Source of the DNA: Acidobacteriota bacterium
GTDB lineage: Bacteria > Acidobacteriota > UBA890 > WLXD01
NCBI GenBank assembly: GCA_963666055.2
Contig: CAXWPH010000001.1
Coordinates: 1-64,000, forward strand
Direction: 5' to 3'
DNA: 64,000 nucleotides
In this document: piece after piece, positions 47,331 to 56,941 of the stretch
Layout: each line of letters begins with the position of its first letter
Position numbering within the stretch: the first letter of the stretch is position 1
Made by a program: the position numbers and the translations under genes
Notes under the pieces: model-generated
What the model was told of the DNA's origin: nothing
Seen by the model: the letters and a program-made list of their open reading frames with translations, nothing else
Databases searched by the model: none

Positions 47331-49295
47331 CTAGACAGCCACCCCTGCCTTGAGCCCTTCGAAGACCGCTTCCTCGGCGGTACGTGGGCAGAGACAATCG
47401 CCAATGGCGACAACCTCACCGTCGAAGTCCACGAGCTCGGCCTCGAGCTCGTTGACGGCAGCGTGCCCCATGGCCAGCACCAGCGTATCGCAGCCCTCGT
47501 ACGTAACCTGCTCGCCGCTCGTGGTGTGCACGAAACGGATCGTGCCGTCAGCTGCGGCTCGTGCCAGCCGCAGGAGCGGCGCGACCTCGACTCCGAGGCG
47601 ATGCACCGCGCCCACCATGAGGTCGCGCACGTACTGCTGGATGGTCTCTCCGGGCATGGTGCCGTTGACACACAGCCGCACCGGATGCCCGGCGAGGGCG
47701 AGCTTCTGGGCGGTCCCGAGGCCAACCCAGTCGCAACGCCAGTCGGCGACGACAACGGAGCCATTGACTTCGACCTCGTCCCGCAAGATCTGCCAGGCAG
47801 TAACTGTGTGCACCTCGTCAATCCCCGCAATCTCCGGTATGTACGGCTTGGCTCCGGTGGCAAGAACGACTACATCCGGCGAGCGCTGAGCGATCAGCTC
47901 GCGAGTAACGTCGATGCCGGTGATGAGCTCCACGCCTGCGGCCTCGACCTCGCGCACCAAGTTCCGGGTCATGCCGCCGATCTCGGCGCGGTCTGGCAGC
48001 GCCGCGGCCAGCAGAAGCTGCCCTCCGAGCTCCGGCGAACGCTCGCAGAGAACCACCTCGTGGCCCCGCTGGGCCGCCACCGCTGCCGCTTTCATGCCCG
48101 CCGGCCCCCCGCCGACAACGAGGATCTTGCGCTGCACCTCGGCCGGGCGCAGCTCGCCGTAGACCAGCTCGCGCCCGCTCTCCGGATACTGGATACACGA
48201 GATCGGCACACCCATGTGCATGTGTCCGATACAGGCCTGGTTGCAACCGATACAGGTTCGGATCTCGTCCAGGCGGCCCTCGGCGGCCTTGTTGGGCATC
48301 TCCGGATCGCTGATCAGCGCCCGCGTCATGCCGCACAGATCAGCCTGGCCTGCCACCAGGATGCGCTCGGCATCGACGGGATCGACCGTCCGCCCGGTTA
48401 CGATCACCGGCTTGCCCACGACAGCACGCACTGCCGCGGCGTGGGGTGCCACAGAGGATCTCTCGATCTCCATGGGCGGCACGATGTGAGCGGAGCTTCC
48501 CAGCGTCGTGGAGGCCCCTGTCACGACGCTGAAATAGTCGAGCTCGCCATCGGCGTCGAGCGTCTGGCAGATATCGATCACCTCGTCAGTGCTCAGGCCG
48601 TCCGGGTTGAGCTCGTCGGCCGAGATACGCAGTCCGATGACCATGTCGCCGACCCGAGCCCGTACTGCCGATACCACTTGGCGAACGAGCCTGAGGCGGT
48701 TATCGAAGCTGCCGCCGTAGTCGTCGTCGCGCCGGTTCACCCGCGCGTTGAGGAATTGGGCGATCAGGTAGCCGTGACTGCCGACGATCTCGACTCCGTC
48801 GAACCCGGCTCGCTGCAAGCGCTCGGCGCCATCGGCAAAGCCGCTGATGATCTCGTCGATAAGATCCTTCGACATCGCCCTGGGCATGACGTGAAAGCGC
48901 TCGTTCGGAACCGCCGACGCCGAGTACGCCACCATGGCGCTACCGTCCTCGGTCTTGGGAAAGATCTCTCGACCGGGATGGAACAGCTGACCGAATACGA
49001 TGCAGCCGTGCTCGTGGCACGCTTCAGCGATCTTGCGAAACCCCGGCACGCAGTGATCGCTGGTCGCCATGATGATGCGCGGGGTATACCGCGAGCTGTC
49101 GTGGATCCCTGCGATCTCGGTGATGATCAGCCCGACCCCGCCTGCCGCTCGAGCGGCGTGATACGCAGCGGTGGTGGCGCTGGGCACACCGTTCTCGGCC
49201 ATCATCGTGTCGTGTCCGGTCGACACGATGCGGTTCTTGACGGTGACGTTGCGAATCGTCAGCGGCGAGAACAGCTCCGCAAGGGCGGCTCTCAA
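47331..49295 (-). CDS. Old-yellow-enzyme family NADH:flavin oxidoreductase with 4Fe-4S and FAD domains (DgcA/StcD/FadH-like)
   Basis: QLFHPGR, SHGYLIAQF, N.R.D.YGGS..NR, CIGCNQAC and GGGPAG motifs. Confidence 0.85.
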   Translation of the reverse strand: MRAALAELFSPLTIRNVTVKNRIVSTGHDTMMAENGVPSATTAAYHAARAAGGVGLIITEIAGIHDSSRYTPRIIMATSDHCVPGFRKIAEACHEHGCIVFGQLFHPGREIFPKTEDGSAMVAYSASAVPNERFHVMPRAMSKDLIDEIISGFADGAERLQRAGFDGVEIVGSHGYLIAQFLNARVNRRDDDYGGSFDNRLRLVRQVVSAVRARVGDMVIGLRISADELNPDGLSTDEVIDICQTLDADGELDYFSVVTGASTTLGSSAHIVPPMEIERSSVAPHAAAVRAVVGKPVIVTGRTVDPVDAERILVAGQADLCGMTRALISDPEMPNKAAEGRLDEIRTCIGCNQACIGHMHMGVPISCIQYPESGRELVYGELRPAEVQRKILVVGGGPAGMKAAAVAAQRGHEVVLCERSPELGGQLLLAAALPDRAEIGGMTRNLVREVEAAGVELITGIDVTRELIAQRSPDVVVLATGAKPYIPEIAGIDEVHTVTAWQILRDEVEVNGSVVVADWRCDWVGLGTAQKLALAGHPVRLCVNGTMPGETIQQYVRDLMVGAVHRLGVEVAPLLRLARAAADGTIRFVHTTSGEQVTYEGCDTLVLAMGHAAVNELEAELVDFDGEVVAIGDCLCPRTAEEAVFEGLKAGVAV

Positions 49296-49322
49296 TTCAG
49301 TCGACCAGCGGCTGGTGCATCA

Positions 49323-50783
49323 TCAGTACGGTGCCTCGACGTCGCCCATCTCCACGTACACGCTCTTGAGCTGCGTATAGTGATTCAAGGTGGTGAGGCT
49401 GTTCTCCCGACCGATGCCGGATTGCTTCGTGCCGCCGAACGGCATTTCGATCGGTGTGATGTTGTAGTTGTTGATCCAACAGGTGCCGGCCTCCAACTGC
49501 GCCACCACTCGGTGGGCGCGCTGAATGTCGCTGGTGAACACACCGGCAGCCAGCCCGTACATGGTGTCGTTGGCTCGTTTCACCACCTCTTCCTCGGTCT
49601 CGAAGGCGAGTACCGCCATGACCGGGCCGAAAATCTCCTCCTGAACGATCAGCATGTCGTCGCTGCAACCGTCGAAAACGGTCGGTTCAACGAAGAAGCC
49701 CTTGGCCAGCGCCGGGTCATCGGGCGGTCCGCCGCCGCACAACAACTTGGCGCCGTTCGCCTTGCCGGCCTCGATGTAGCTGATTACCCGGTCTCTGTGC
49801 TGCGCCGAGATCAACGCACCGACGTGCGTTTCGGGGTCGAGTGGGTCACCGATCCGCATCTGTCCGACGCGCTCCAGCAGACGATCGAGGAACTGATCGT
49901 GGATGCTGCTCTCGACAAAGACACGTGTGCCGTTGGAGCAGATCTCCCCCTGGGTATAGAAGTTGGCCATGATCGCCGCCGAGACGGCGTTTTCGAGGTT
50001 GCTGTCGGCGAAGATCAACAGCGGTGACTTGCCACCGAGCTCCATCGTTACGTGCTTGAGCGTACTGGCGGCATCGGCCATGACGAGCTTCCCGGTCGCG
50101 ACCTCTCCGGTGAGCGACACCTTGTCGATCCCTGCATGGCGGGTGAGGAGCTGGCCCGTCCGCGCGTCACCTTGCACGACGTTGAACACACCATCCGGCA
50201 CCCCGGCCTCGGTGAATATCTCCGCCAGTTTCGGGGCAGTGAGCGGGGTGAGCTCGGCGGGCTTGAAGATCATCGCGTTGCCACATGCCAACGCCGGCCC
50301 CGACTTCCAGCAGGCGATCTGCAGCGGGTAGTTCCAGGCGCCAATCCCGGCACACACCCCGAGGGGCTCGCGGCGCGTGTAGGCGAACGAGGTGCCCAGA
50401 TCGAAGTGCTCGCCGTGCAGGCTGGCCGCAAGGCCGGCGTAGTACTCGATGCAATCGGCGCCCGATAGCACGTCGACGACCGAGGCCTCCTGGATCGGCT
50501 TGCCGGTGTCCAGAACCTCCAGATGCGCCAGCTCGTCGTTGCGCTGCCGCAACAGCGCCACGGCACGGTTGAGGATTCGTCCGCGTGCCGCACCAGTCAT
50601 CGCCGACCACTCCTCGAAACCCGCTCGCGCCGCGGCTACGGCGTGATCCACGTCCTCGGCGCCGGCCTGCTGGATGCTGCAGAGCACCTCGGCGGTGGCG
50701 GGATTGACGGTCTGGAACGACTCGCCACTGGTGGCCGCCACGTACTTTCCGCCTATGTACAGCTGCTGATCAGGAATCGTCAT
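49323..50783 (-). CDS. betB: Betaine aldehyde dehydrogenase
   Basis: [55 protein letters not shown] and GIGREN...[10 protein letters not shown], typical of BetB. Confidence 0.88.
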   Translation of the reverse strand: MTIPDQQLYIGGKYVAATSGESFQTVNPATAEVLCSIQQAGAEDVDHAVAAARAGFEEWSAMTGAARGRILNRAVALLRQRNDELAHLEVLDTGKPIQEASVVDVLSGADCIEYYAGLAASLHGEHFDLGTSFAYTRREPLGVCAGIGAWNYPLQIACWKSGPALACGNAMIFKPAELTPLTAPKLAEIFTEAGVPDGVFNVVQGDARTGQLLTRHAGIDKVSLTGEVATGKLVMADAASTLKHVTMELGGKSPLLIFADSNLENAVSAAIMANFYTQGEICSNGTRVFVESSIHDQFLDRLLERVGQMRIGDPLDPETHVGALISAQHRDRVISYIEAGKANGAKLLCGGGPPDDPALAKGFFVEPTVFDGCSDDMLIVQEEIFGPVMAVLAFETEEEVVKRANDTMYGLAAGVFTSDIQRAHRVVAQLEAGTCWINNYNITPIEMPFGGTKQSGIGRENSLTTLNHYTQLKSVYVEMGDVEAPY

Positions 50784-50868
50784 CAATGCGCCCCTCGCGC
50801 TAGCCGCATTTCCAAATACTCGATCGCCGGATCGATCAACCGCCGGCTACCTTCCGCACCGGTGTACG

Positions 50869-51555
50869 TTACCCCGCCCCGGTGAACTCATCGGTCGCGT
50901 CATCAATCGTCACCCCGCCGTCGCTCGAGAGGATCTGCGCCGGATAGTGCTCCGCCCAAACGGCGATGATCTCGTCCAGCGGCACATCCGTATAGTGACC
51001 GCGGTCGCGCACGTATTCCATATAACGATTGCCGTCGCGGTCGGACTGCTGGAACAACGAGTCGTTGCGACCATCGAACGACATCGGGTCGACGTTGAAG
51101 CGCTCACAGAGCGAGGCGTTGAACGCCGGCGTAGCCTTGACCCACCTGCCGTCCAGGTACAGCTCCGTGTAGCCGTGGAACACGAACAGGTCGGTTTGCA
51201 TCTCGCGTTTCAATCGCTCACTGGCGAGATGGTTCACGACATCGCCGAACCCCAACCGACTGGGAATTCCGTGCACCCGCGCCGCTGCTGCAAGCAGCGT
51301 CGCTTTGCTGATGCAGAACCCGAACCCGTTCTCGAGCACGGCGCTGGCGCGCATACCCTCGACGGTCAGGTCGATCGTGTAGGGGTCGTAGCGGAAATCG
51401 TCCCGTACACGGTCGTGCAGAGCAACCGCCTTATCAACGTTGGAGTCCTCCCGGTCGGCGCTCTGGAGAGCGAACTCGATGACCGCCGGGTGATCGCTGT
51501 CGATGAAAGGCGTCGCCGTCGAGTATTGGTCGAATTGGCTGTGCTGCTCGCTCAT
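50869..51555 (-). CDS. Transglutaminase-like domain protein
   Basis: VRD...YDPY, GFCISKA, GIPSRLG, HGYTELYLDGRW and TPAF motifs; ATGA coupling with the upstream gene. Confidence 0.8.
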   Translation of the reverse strand: MSEQHSQFDQYSTATPFIDSDHPAVIEFALQSADREDSNVDKAVALHDRVRDDFRYDPYTIDLTVEGMRASAVLENGFGFCISKATLLAAAARVHGIPSRLGFGDVVNHLASERLKREMQTDLFVFHGYTELYLDGRWVKATPAFNASLCERFNVDPMSFDGRNDSLFQQSDRDGNRYMEYVRDRGHYTDVPLDEIIAVWAEHYPAQILSSDGGVTIDDATDEFTGAG

Positions 51556-52364
51556 GCGATCACTCCCAGGCCAAGACCGCGGATCTGGTCGATATATTCC
51601 TGTGGAAAGACCATGTTCGGTGCGCAATCGTAGCTGAACACGGCGATCATGCGTGGCTTCGATCCGGCGCCGATCTCGGTCACTCGATGTATCGACTCAT
51701 CGCCCCTGAACAGGGTAAACGTGCCCGCCCCTATTTCCGGGCGCTTGGCGATCTGCTCAGGCCTAGCAAAGATGTCGGCTAGCGCCTCGTAGTTCTCGTT
51801 GCGCTCGTCGCGAACGTAGGGAACGTACTCGAACTGGCCGCCAGAGTCAGCCTGGCTCAGCAGCAGGGAGAATACCGCAGCATTGCCGTCGAAGTGCCAG
51901 CCGTTGCAATCGCCCGGGCCGCCGACGTGCACGGTGAGCGCCAGATGCGGGCAGGCGCTTCGAAATAGCGTCTCGTACCCGAGCACCTGGCGTACGAACT
52001 CGGTCAGATGTTCAGAAAGGTACAGCTGCCGGAGAAGGCTAGCGTTGGGAATCTGGTAGTTGAGGATCTGATGATAGCGGCAGTCATGCGTTGTAATTCG
52101 CGGATGACCCGGCGGCCATGCCTTGTCGTCAACATCGTAGGCAGGGCGTGCGTGGTCGAATCGGTAGGCCTCACCGAGGAGCAGCTCCACCTCCGCGGCC
52201 ATCCGCTGCACAACGTCGGGTCGTACGAATCCCGGCAACAGGCAGAGCGCGCCCTCCTCCAAGTCGGCGCCGCACTCGGCGATCAGGGTTCGCATCCGAT
52301 CGCTGTCGGGCTCGTCGAGCGGGTAGCGGGCGACATCCAGTAGTTGTCGCAGCGTACTGTCCAT
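51552..52364 (-). CDS. Fe(II)/2-oxoglutarate oxygenase, BesD/HalD-like family (HxD hydroxylase type)
   Basis: RYPLD, GWHFD, GGQFEYVP, LFRG..SIHRVT and R.IAVFSY motifs. Confidence 0.7.
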   Translation of the reverse strand: MDSTLRQLLDVARYPLDEPDSDRMRTLIAECGADLEEGALCLLPGFVRPDVVQRMAAEVELLLGEAYRFDHARPAYDVDDKAWPPGHPRITTHDCRYHQILNYQIPNASLLRQLYLSEHLTEFVRQVLGYETLFRSACPHLALTVHVGGPGDCNGWHFDGNAAVFSLLLSQADSGGQFEYVPYVRDERNENYEALADIFARPEQIAKRPEIGAGTFTLFRGDESIHRVTEIGAGSKPRMIAVFSYDCAPNMVFPQEYIDQIRGLGLGVIA

Positions 52365-52482
52365 CGCGCCTGTCCCCCATGGTAAGTTTGTTCTCGGCCG
52401 ACCCAGATATTGGACGTTATGAAAAACGCGAGCAAGCGCCGCGTCGTCGATACCGGCGCCCAAGCACGCGACAGGAGACAGA

Positions 52483-53922
52483 ATGGGCCACCGAACGGGT
52501 TGTTCTGACGATCAAAGCAAAGTCACCAAGGTGAGCCGGCGCGACTTCGCACGCTCGTCGGTGGTTGCCGGCGCCGTGGCAGCAACACTCTCCACCCCGC
52601 TGCGCGCCAACACCGCCGAAGCGGCAGGCGGGGGTCTCGGGCAAAGGCGCGGCAGATTCCCGGACGGCTGGCGCCCGGGCACGACGATCCCCGCCAAGTA
52701 CTACCTGGACGAGGAGATCTACCTGAAGGACGAGGCCATTATCAAAGATAACCTGTGGTTGCTAGCCGATCACGAGAGCCGCATTCCCAACGCCGGGGAC
52801 TACTTCGTTTTCGCGTATGGGCGTAGCGACAGCATCATCGTGGTACGGAACAACGAGGGAACGGTCAACGCGTTTCACAATGTCTGTCGCCATCGCGGAT
52901 CACGTCTTTGTCGTCACGATGCGGACTCGGTTCCGGCCGATCCGCGTCTCTCCGTCAAGCAGCTCGGCCAGGAAGGCAGCTCCCCGGTGTTTCGCTGCCC
53001 GTACCACGCCTGGACCTACGACATCGACGGCAACCTGATCTACGCCTACGGCATGCAGGATGACTTCGATCCGGCGGCGAACGGCCTACAGCCCTGCAAT
53101 GTCAGGACTTACGAGGGTCACATCTTCTTGCACCTCGGTGAGGGTGCGGCTCCAGACTTCGAACCGACGGTTCGGGCTATCCGAGGGCTCAGTCGGCGCC
53201 ACGGCACGGCGCAGCTCAAGATCGCCGCCCGACGGCAGTACACGGTGCGCGGCAACTGGAAGCTCGCTGTAGAGAACTTCCTCGAGTGCTATCACTGCGG
53301 ACCGGCCCATCAGTCGCTGGTGACAGCCCATGACTGGGACTATGCGCTCTCCAAGGAGCAACGGGCCGAGTTCGAGAAGAACCTGGATACCTGGGTCACC
53401 GGCGAGGCCCGCCCCGGAGCCGGTGGTGGAGGCATGGGCGGAGGCAGCATCGCCGACGGCTTGCAGACCGATGCCGGCGTCGGACGTGGTTTCCTCAATC
53501 CGGGAGTCGAGACCGGATCACTGGATGGCAACCGGGTGGCGCCGCTGCTGCCGACGTTCGACAAGCCGACGCACGGGTTCCGGGAAGCCGAGACAGGATG
53601 GGATACCGCGTACTGGGCTGCTTACGACGATTACGTGGCGATCGCGCGGTTCACACCTCGGGACGTGGAGCTCAGCGACTGCGAGATCCTGTGGCTGGTA
53701 CATCCGGACGCGCAGGAAGGTCGCGACTACGACGTCGAGGCGTTGATCGGCCTGTGGCACGTCACGATCCTGGAAGACATCTGGATCGTCGAGAACAACC
53801 ATGCCGGTGTGCGGTCCGGCGCGTATCGATCCGGACGCTACGCCATCCACGAAGGTCCTCCCGTACGGTTCGCCCGCTGGTACATGGGAGTCCACCGTGG
53901 TGACGACCCTGGCTCGGTCTGA
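52483..53922 (+). CDS. Rieske oxygenase alpha subunit with twin-arginine signal (copy 3)
   Basis: SRRDFAR signal; CRH...CPYH; NWKLAVENFLECYHCGPAH; LED; AGGAGA RBS. Confidence 0.88.
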   Translation: MGHRTGCSDDQSKVTKVSRRDFARSSVVAGAVAATLSTPLRANTAEAAGGGLGQRRGRFPDGWRPGTTIPAKYYLDEEIYLKDEAIIKDNLWLLADHESRIPNAGDYFVFAYGRSDSIIVVRNNEGTVNAFHNVCRHRGSRLCRHDADSVPADPRLSVKQLGQEGSSPVFRCPYHAWTYDIDGNLIYAYGMQDDFDPAANGLQPCNVRTYEGHIFLHLGEGAAPDFEPTVRAIRGLSRRHGTAQLKIAARRQYTVRGNWKLAVENFLECYHCGPAHQSLVTAHDWDYALSKEQRAEFEKNLDTWVTGEARPGAGGGGMGGGSIADGLQTDAGVGRGFLNPGVETGSLDGNRVAPLLPTFDKPTHGFREAETGWDTAYWAAYDDYVAIARFTPRDVELSDCEILWLVHPDAQEGRDYDVEALIGLWHVTILEDIWIVENNHAGVRSGAYRSGRYAIHEGPPVRFARWYMGVHRGDDPGSV

Positions 53923-54117
53923 AGGGGACCGCTGCAGCATCCCCGACTGATAGCTTCTACGCGGCGAACGAGGCGTCCGCCTGTCGCGACGCGTTAAGTC
54001 GTAGCGACGTGTAGCCGTGCTGACAGGAGCACCGGCGAGCACGCTTGGGCCCGCTTGGCGTTCGCACTAGCCTGGTAGTGAAGCCCCCCGCACTCGACGC
54101 ACCAATGGAGAGTCGGA

Positions 54118-55212
54118 TTGACCCTCGACGCCTCGCTACGTATCGCCGCTTTGGTGACGGTCACGCTGCTACCGGCCAACGCTGCAGCCCAGTGCCTCGT
54201 CCCGGAAGCCGGCATCGTGAGCGGCGCGGCGCGCGACGCCATCCCGGCACTGACCAACCCGGAGACGCTTTCCGCCGCCGAAGCCGACCTCCTTCTGGCA
54301 CCTACTGATATGGTGCTCGGCGTAGTCCAAAACGGCGAGGCGCGAGCCTATCCGATGCGCCTCCTGTGGTGGCACGAGATCGTCAACGACGTGCTCGGCG
54401 GTGTCCCGATCGCTGTGAGCTATTGCCCGCTCACCGGCAGCGGCTTGGTATACGACCCCGTCCTCGACGGCCAGCATGTGATCTTCGGTACGTCCGGTCT
54501 ACTGTTCGACAACAACCTCATCATGTACGACCGAACGTCGCTGAGCCTATGGTCGCAGATGATGGTGAGCGGCATCTGCGGGTCGTATATCTCGCACCGG
54601 CCAAGCCTCTACCCTGTCACGGAGACCACATGGGCTGGCTGGAGGGCAATGCATCCCGACACCACGGCGATCAGCTTCGACACCGGCTACTCGCGCGACT
54701 ACAACCGCTATCCATACGGCGACTACGATACCGTTAGCAGTACACGGCTCCTTTTCCCTCACAGCTTCATCGACGACCGCCTGCCGCTCAAGGCGCTGGT
54801 ACACGGGATCGCGCACGACGGCACGGCGCGGGCCTATCCGCTCGACGATCTGACCGCCTCGGAGAGTCGCCTGGCGTTGAACGATCAGATCAACGGGCGG
54901 GCCTTGCTGGTGGTAGTCGACCGCGTCCGCCGCATGGTCGTCTCCTTCGATCGCCGGGTTCGCTTCCGCAACAGCAGGGGAAAGTGGAGGACGAAGAAGT
55001 TCATCTTCGATATCGTCGACGGCGGCGGCTTTCCGCTTCTCCTCAAAGACCGCCAAACGGGATCTACCTGGAATCTGCAGGGCGTGCCCGTCGGCGGTGA
55101 GCTCGTCGGCAACGTGGAGGGCGGAGGCCTGGCGCGAATCGCCGATGCACACAACGCGTTCTGGTTCGCCTGGGCGTCGTTCCATCGCGACACTCAGATC
55201 TACGGGCAGTAG
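54118..55212 (+). CDS. DUF3179 domain protein, exported
   Basis: DAIPAL..P, ARAYP...L.WHEIVND, YCPLTGSG, FGTSGLL, MYDR...SLWSQ and FWFAW..FH motifs. Confidence 0.82.
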   Translation: MTLDASLRIAALVTVTLLPANAAAQCLVPEAGIVSGAARDAIPALTNPETLSAAEADLLLAPTDMVLGVVQNGEARAYPMRLLWWHEIVNDVLGGVPIAVSYCPLTGSGLVYDPVLDGQHVIFGTSGLLFDNNLIMYDRTSLSLWSQMMVSGICGSYISHRPSLYPVTETTWAGWRAMHPDTTAISFDTGYSRDYNRYPYGDYDTVSSTRLLFPHSFIDDRLPLKALVHGIAHDGTARAYPLDDLTASESRLALNDQINGRALLVVVDRVRRMVVSFDRRVRFRNSRGKWRTKKFIFDIVDGGGFPLLLKDRQTGSTWNLQGVPVGGELVGNVEGGGLARIADAHNAFWFAWASFHRDTQIYGQ

Positions 55213-55218
55213 GGTGTG

Positions 55219-55647
55219 TCAAGGTTCATCGGCGTTCCGAACGTCAGCGTTGGCTATGGCCAATTGCTGGCCGCTCCGTAGGCGGCGATAGTCGTCGCCA
55301 TCGACGACCAACACCGGCAACTCGGTGTCGTAGAGCTCTCCGGCGATCATTGCCGCCACCAGGATGGTGACGTCGGGCTGCGGCAGAATCACGGCGGCGG
55401 GACCGTTACCGAGTTGAAGAGCGTCGACCAGCGCCCCTGGGGAGCTGGTGCTGCCACGCGTGCCCGGCATGACCAGTATTCTCCCGGCGACACATTCGCC
55501 ACACTGTGGATGATGCTCATCGACGATGCGGCCGGATTTGGGATCGAGGCCGCCCCAGAAGCTCAACGGCTCCTCCAGGACAAGCGTCTCAGCGCGGCAC
55601 TCGCCGCCGAGCAGAACGTCGGTGACGCGCATGACCTCAGCCGCCAT
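55219..55647 (-). CDS. Aconitase X small (swiveling, DUF126) subunit
   Basis: PLSFWGGLDP.SG, HPQ.G and GRILVMP..RGSTS motifs. Confidence 0.85.
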   Translation of the reverse strand: MAAEVMRVTDVLLGGECRAETLVLEEPLSFWGGLDPKSGRIVDEHHPQCGECVAGRILVMPGTRGSTSSPGALVDALQLGNGPAAVILPQPDVTILVAAMIAGELYDTELPVLVVDGDDYRRLRSGQQLAIANADVRNADEP

Positions 55648-56896
55648 CGGCCCAGAACTCCGTATCGGAGGCAATGCGGCCGCTCACAGCAGCTCGCACA
55701 CAGTCTTCCAGGCTCGCAAACGTCGGCCGAGATCCCAGACCGCCGGCCGCGTAGTAAGCCCACTTGGCGGAGTTGGTTACCACGCGCCCGTCGCAACCGG
55801 CGACCAAAGGCGCGTAGTAGGTACAGCGCCCAGTCACCGGGGCAACCCCGGCGGCGCGCAGCAGGTCGAGCCAGCCGTGATCCTCGACCTGCCCGAGCAC
55901 GTGGTCGCTGGTCGATACGTAGAAGCGCACTCCTTTGCGGACATGCACCCCTTCCAGCAACGGCATCAGCTGCTCGAACTCGGCCAGCGAGAAGTGTGGC
56001 GTTCCGAGGCACACTGCGCCCACCTCGCCGCCATCGCTGGCGCCGAGTTGCTCTGCGGCGGCGCGAAGCTCGCCCGAGCCGGGGCACATCCGCGTCCTCG
56101 GAACTCGTCCCTGGCTCGCTTCCTCGAGCGTTGGCGCCTCCGGCGTGATACCGACAGCGTGGAAGAGCTTCAGCGAACCCGATGCGGCGCCAGCGGAGCC
56201 GATGGCGCGGAGCTGCTCGGTGCGAGTCGTCAACGGCAGGCCGACAATCGCCGGAACTTCGTTGCCCACGGTCCGTCCGATGAGGAACCCGAGCACTTGA
56301 AAGAAACGGTCATCGGCGAGCCAGGTCGCGGGGAGGCGCTCGAGCTCCACCACAACGGTCGCGCGCCGATTCTCCGTCCGATGCAGCCCGGTGTCTGGAA
56401 CACGCCCGGTGATCGCCGCGCACATATCCAAGAACTCGACGTAGGCGTTCGTCCGCGCGCCCAGAATCGAGTTGGCATAGACCACCGCGCTCGACTCGGT
56501 CCACGCGACGTGCTCGCCAGGCTTGGGTTCGGCACGCACGTGGTACGGAGCACAGGTCATCGTGGGGCGACAGCCCATCTGCTCGTAGAGCTCGATCAGA
56601 CGGAGGCTCGCCTTCCGGTCAGCCGGCTCGGAGTCCGCGAGTCGCTGCAGGTTCAAGGAGCAGCTGGTCAGCGTGGTCGGGACCGTAACCCGCGTACTGA
56701 GCTCGATGAGCTTTTCCGCAAAGTCGATATTCGCCTGGCCGTTGTTGTAGGAGCTGCCGACGTGCGCCCAAGTAATGTCGATCAATCGTGGCGCACGCGT
56801 CGCTTCCGCCACCCGGACGATAAGCCGCATGGCAAGCTGAGCACCGGCTCCGCGGCCACCTGTCAGGGTTGCCTGGTCGGCAGCCGTGAGCTCCAT
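55637..56896 (-). CDS. Aconitase X catalytic (DUF521) subunit
   Basis: TCAPY, WTESSAVVYANSILGARTN, FHAVGITPEA, LGTPH and TNSAKWAYY motifs. Confidence 0.88.
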   Translation of the reverse strand: MELTAADQATLTGGRGAGAQLAMRLIVRVAEATRAPRLIDITWAHVGSSYNNGQANIDFAEKLIELSTRVTVPTTLTSCSLNLQRLADSEPADRKASLRLIELYEQMGCRPTMTCAPYHVRAEPKPGEHVAWTESSAVVYANSILGARTNAYVEFLDMCAAITGRVPDTGLHRTENRRATVVVELERLPATWLADDRFFQVLGFLIGRTVGNEVPAIVGLPLTTRTEQLRAIGSAGAASGSLKLFHAVGITPEAPTLEEASQGRVPRTRMCPGSGELRAAAEQLGASDGGEVGAVCLGTPHFSLAEFEQLMPLLEGVHVRKGVRFYVSTSDHVLGQVEDHGWLDLLRAAGVAPVTGRCTYYAPLVAGCDGRVVTNSAKWAYYAAGGLGSRPTFASLEDCVRAAVSGRIASDTEFWADGG

Positions 56897-56941
56897 TTTG
56901 CTAGTGCTGCTGATCATCGGCACGGTGACGTTTACAGGCCC

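Noticed and set aside
47463-50027. 854-aa ORF on the + strand
   Set aside because: Antisense shadow of the OYE and betB genes; typical of high-GC codon bias; no motifs.
51552-52364. Possible BesD-type halogenase
   Set aside because: The iron motif is HFD with the carboxylate retained, not HxG/A.
54118-55212. Possible selenoprotein in DUF3179
   Set aside because: No in-frame TGA; the motif has Cys (YCPLT).
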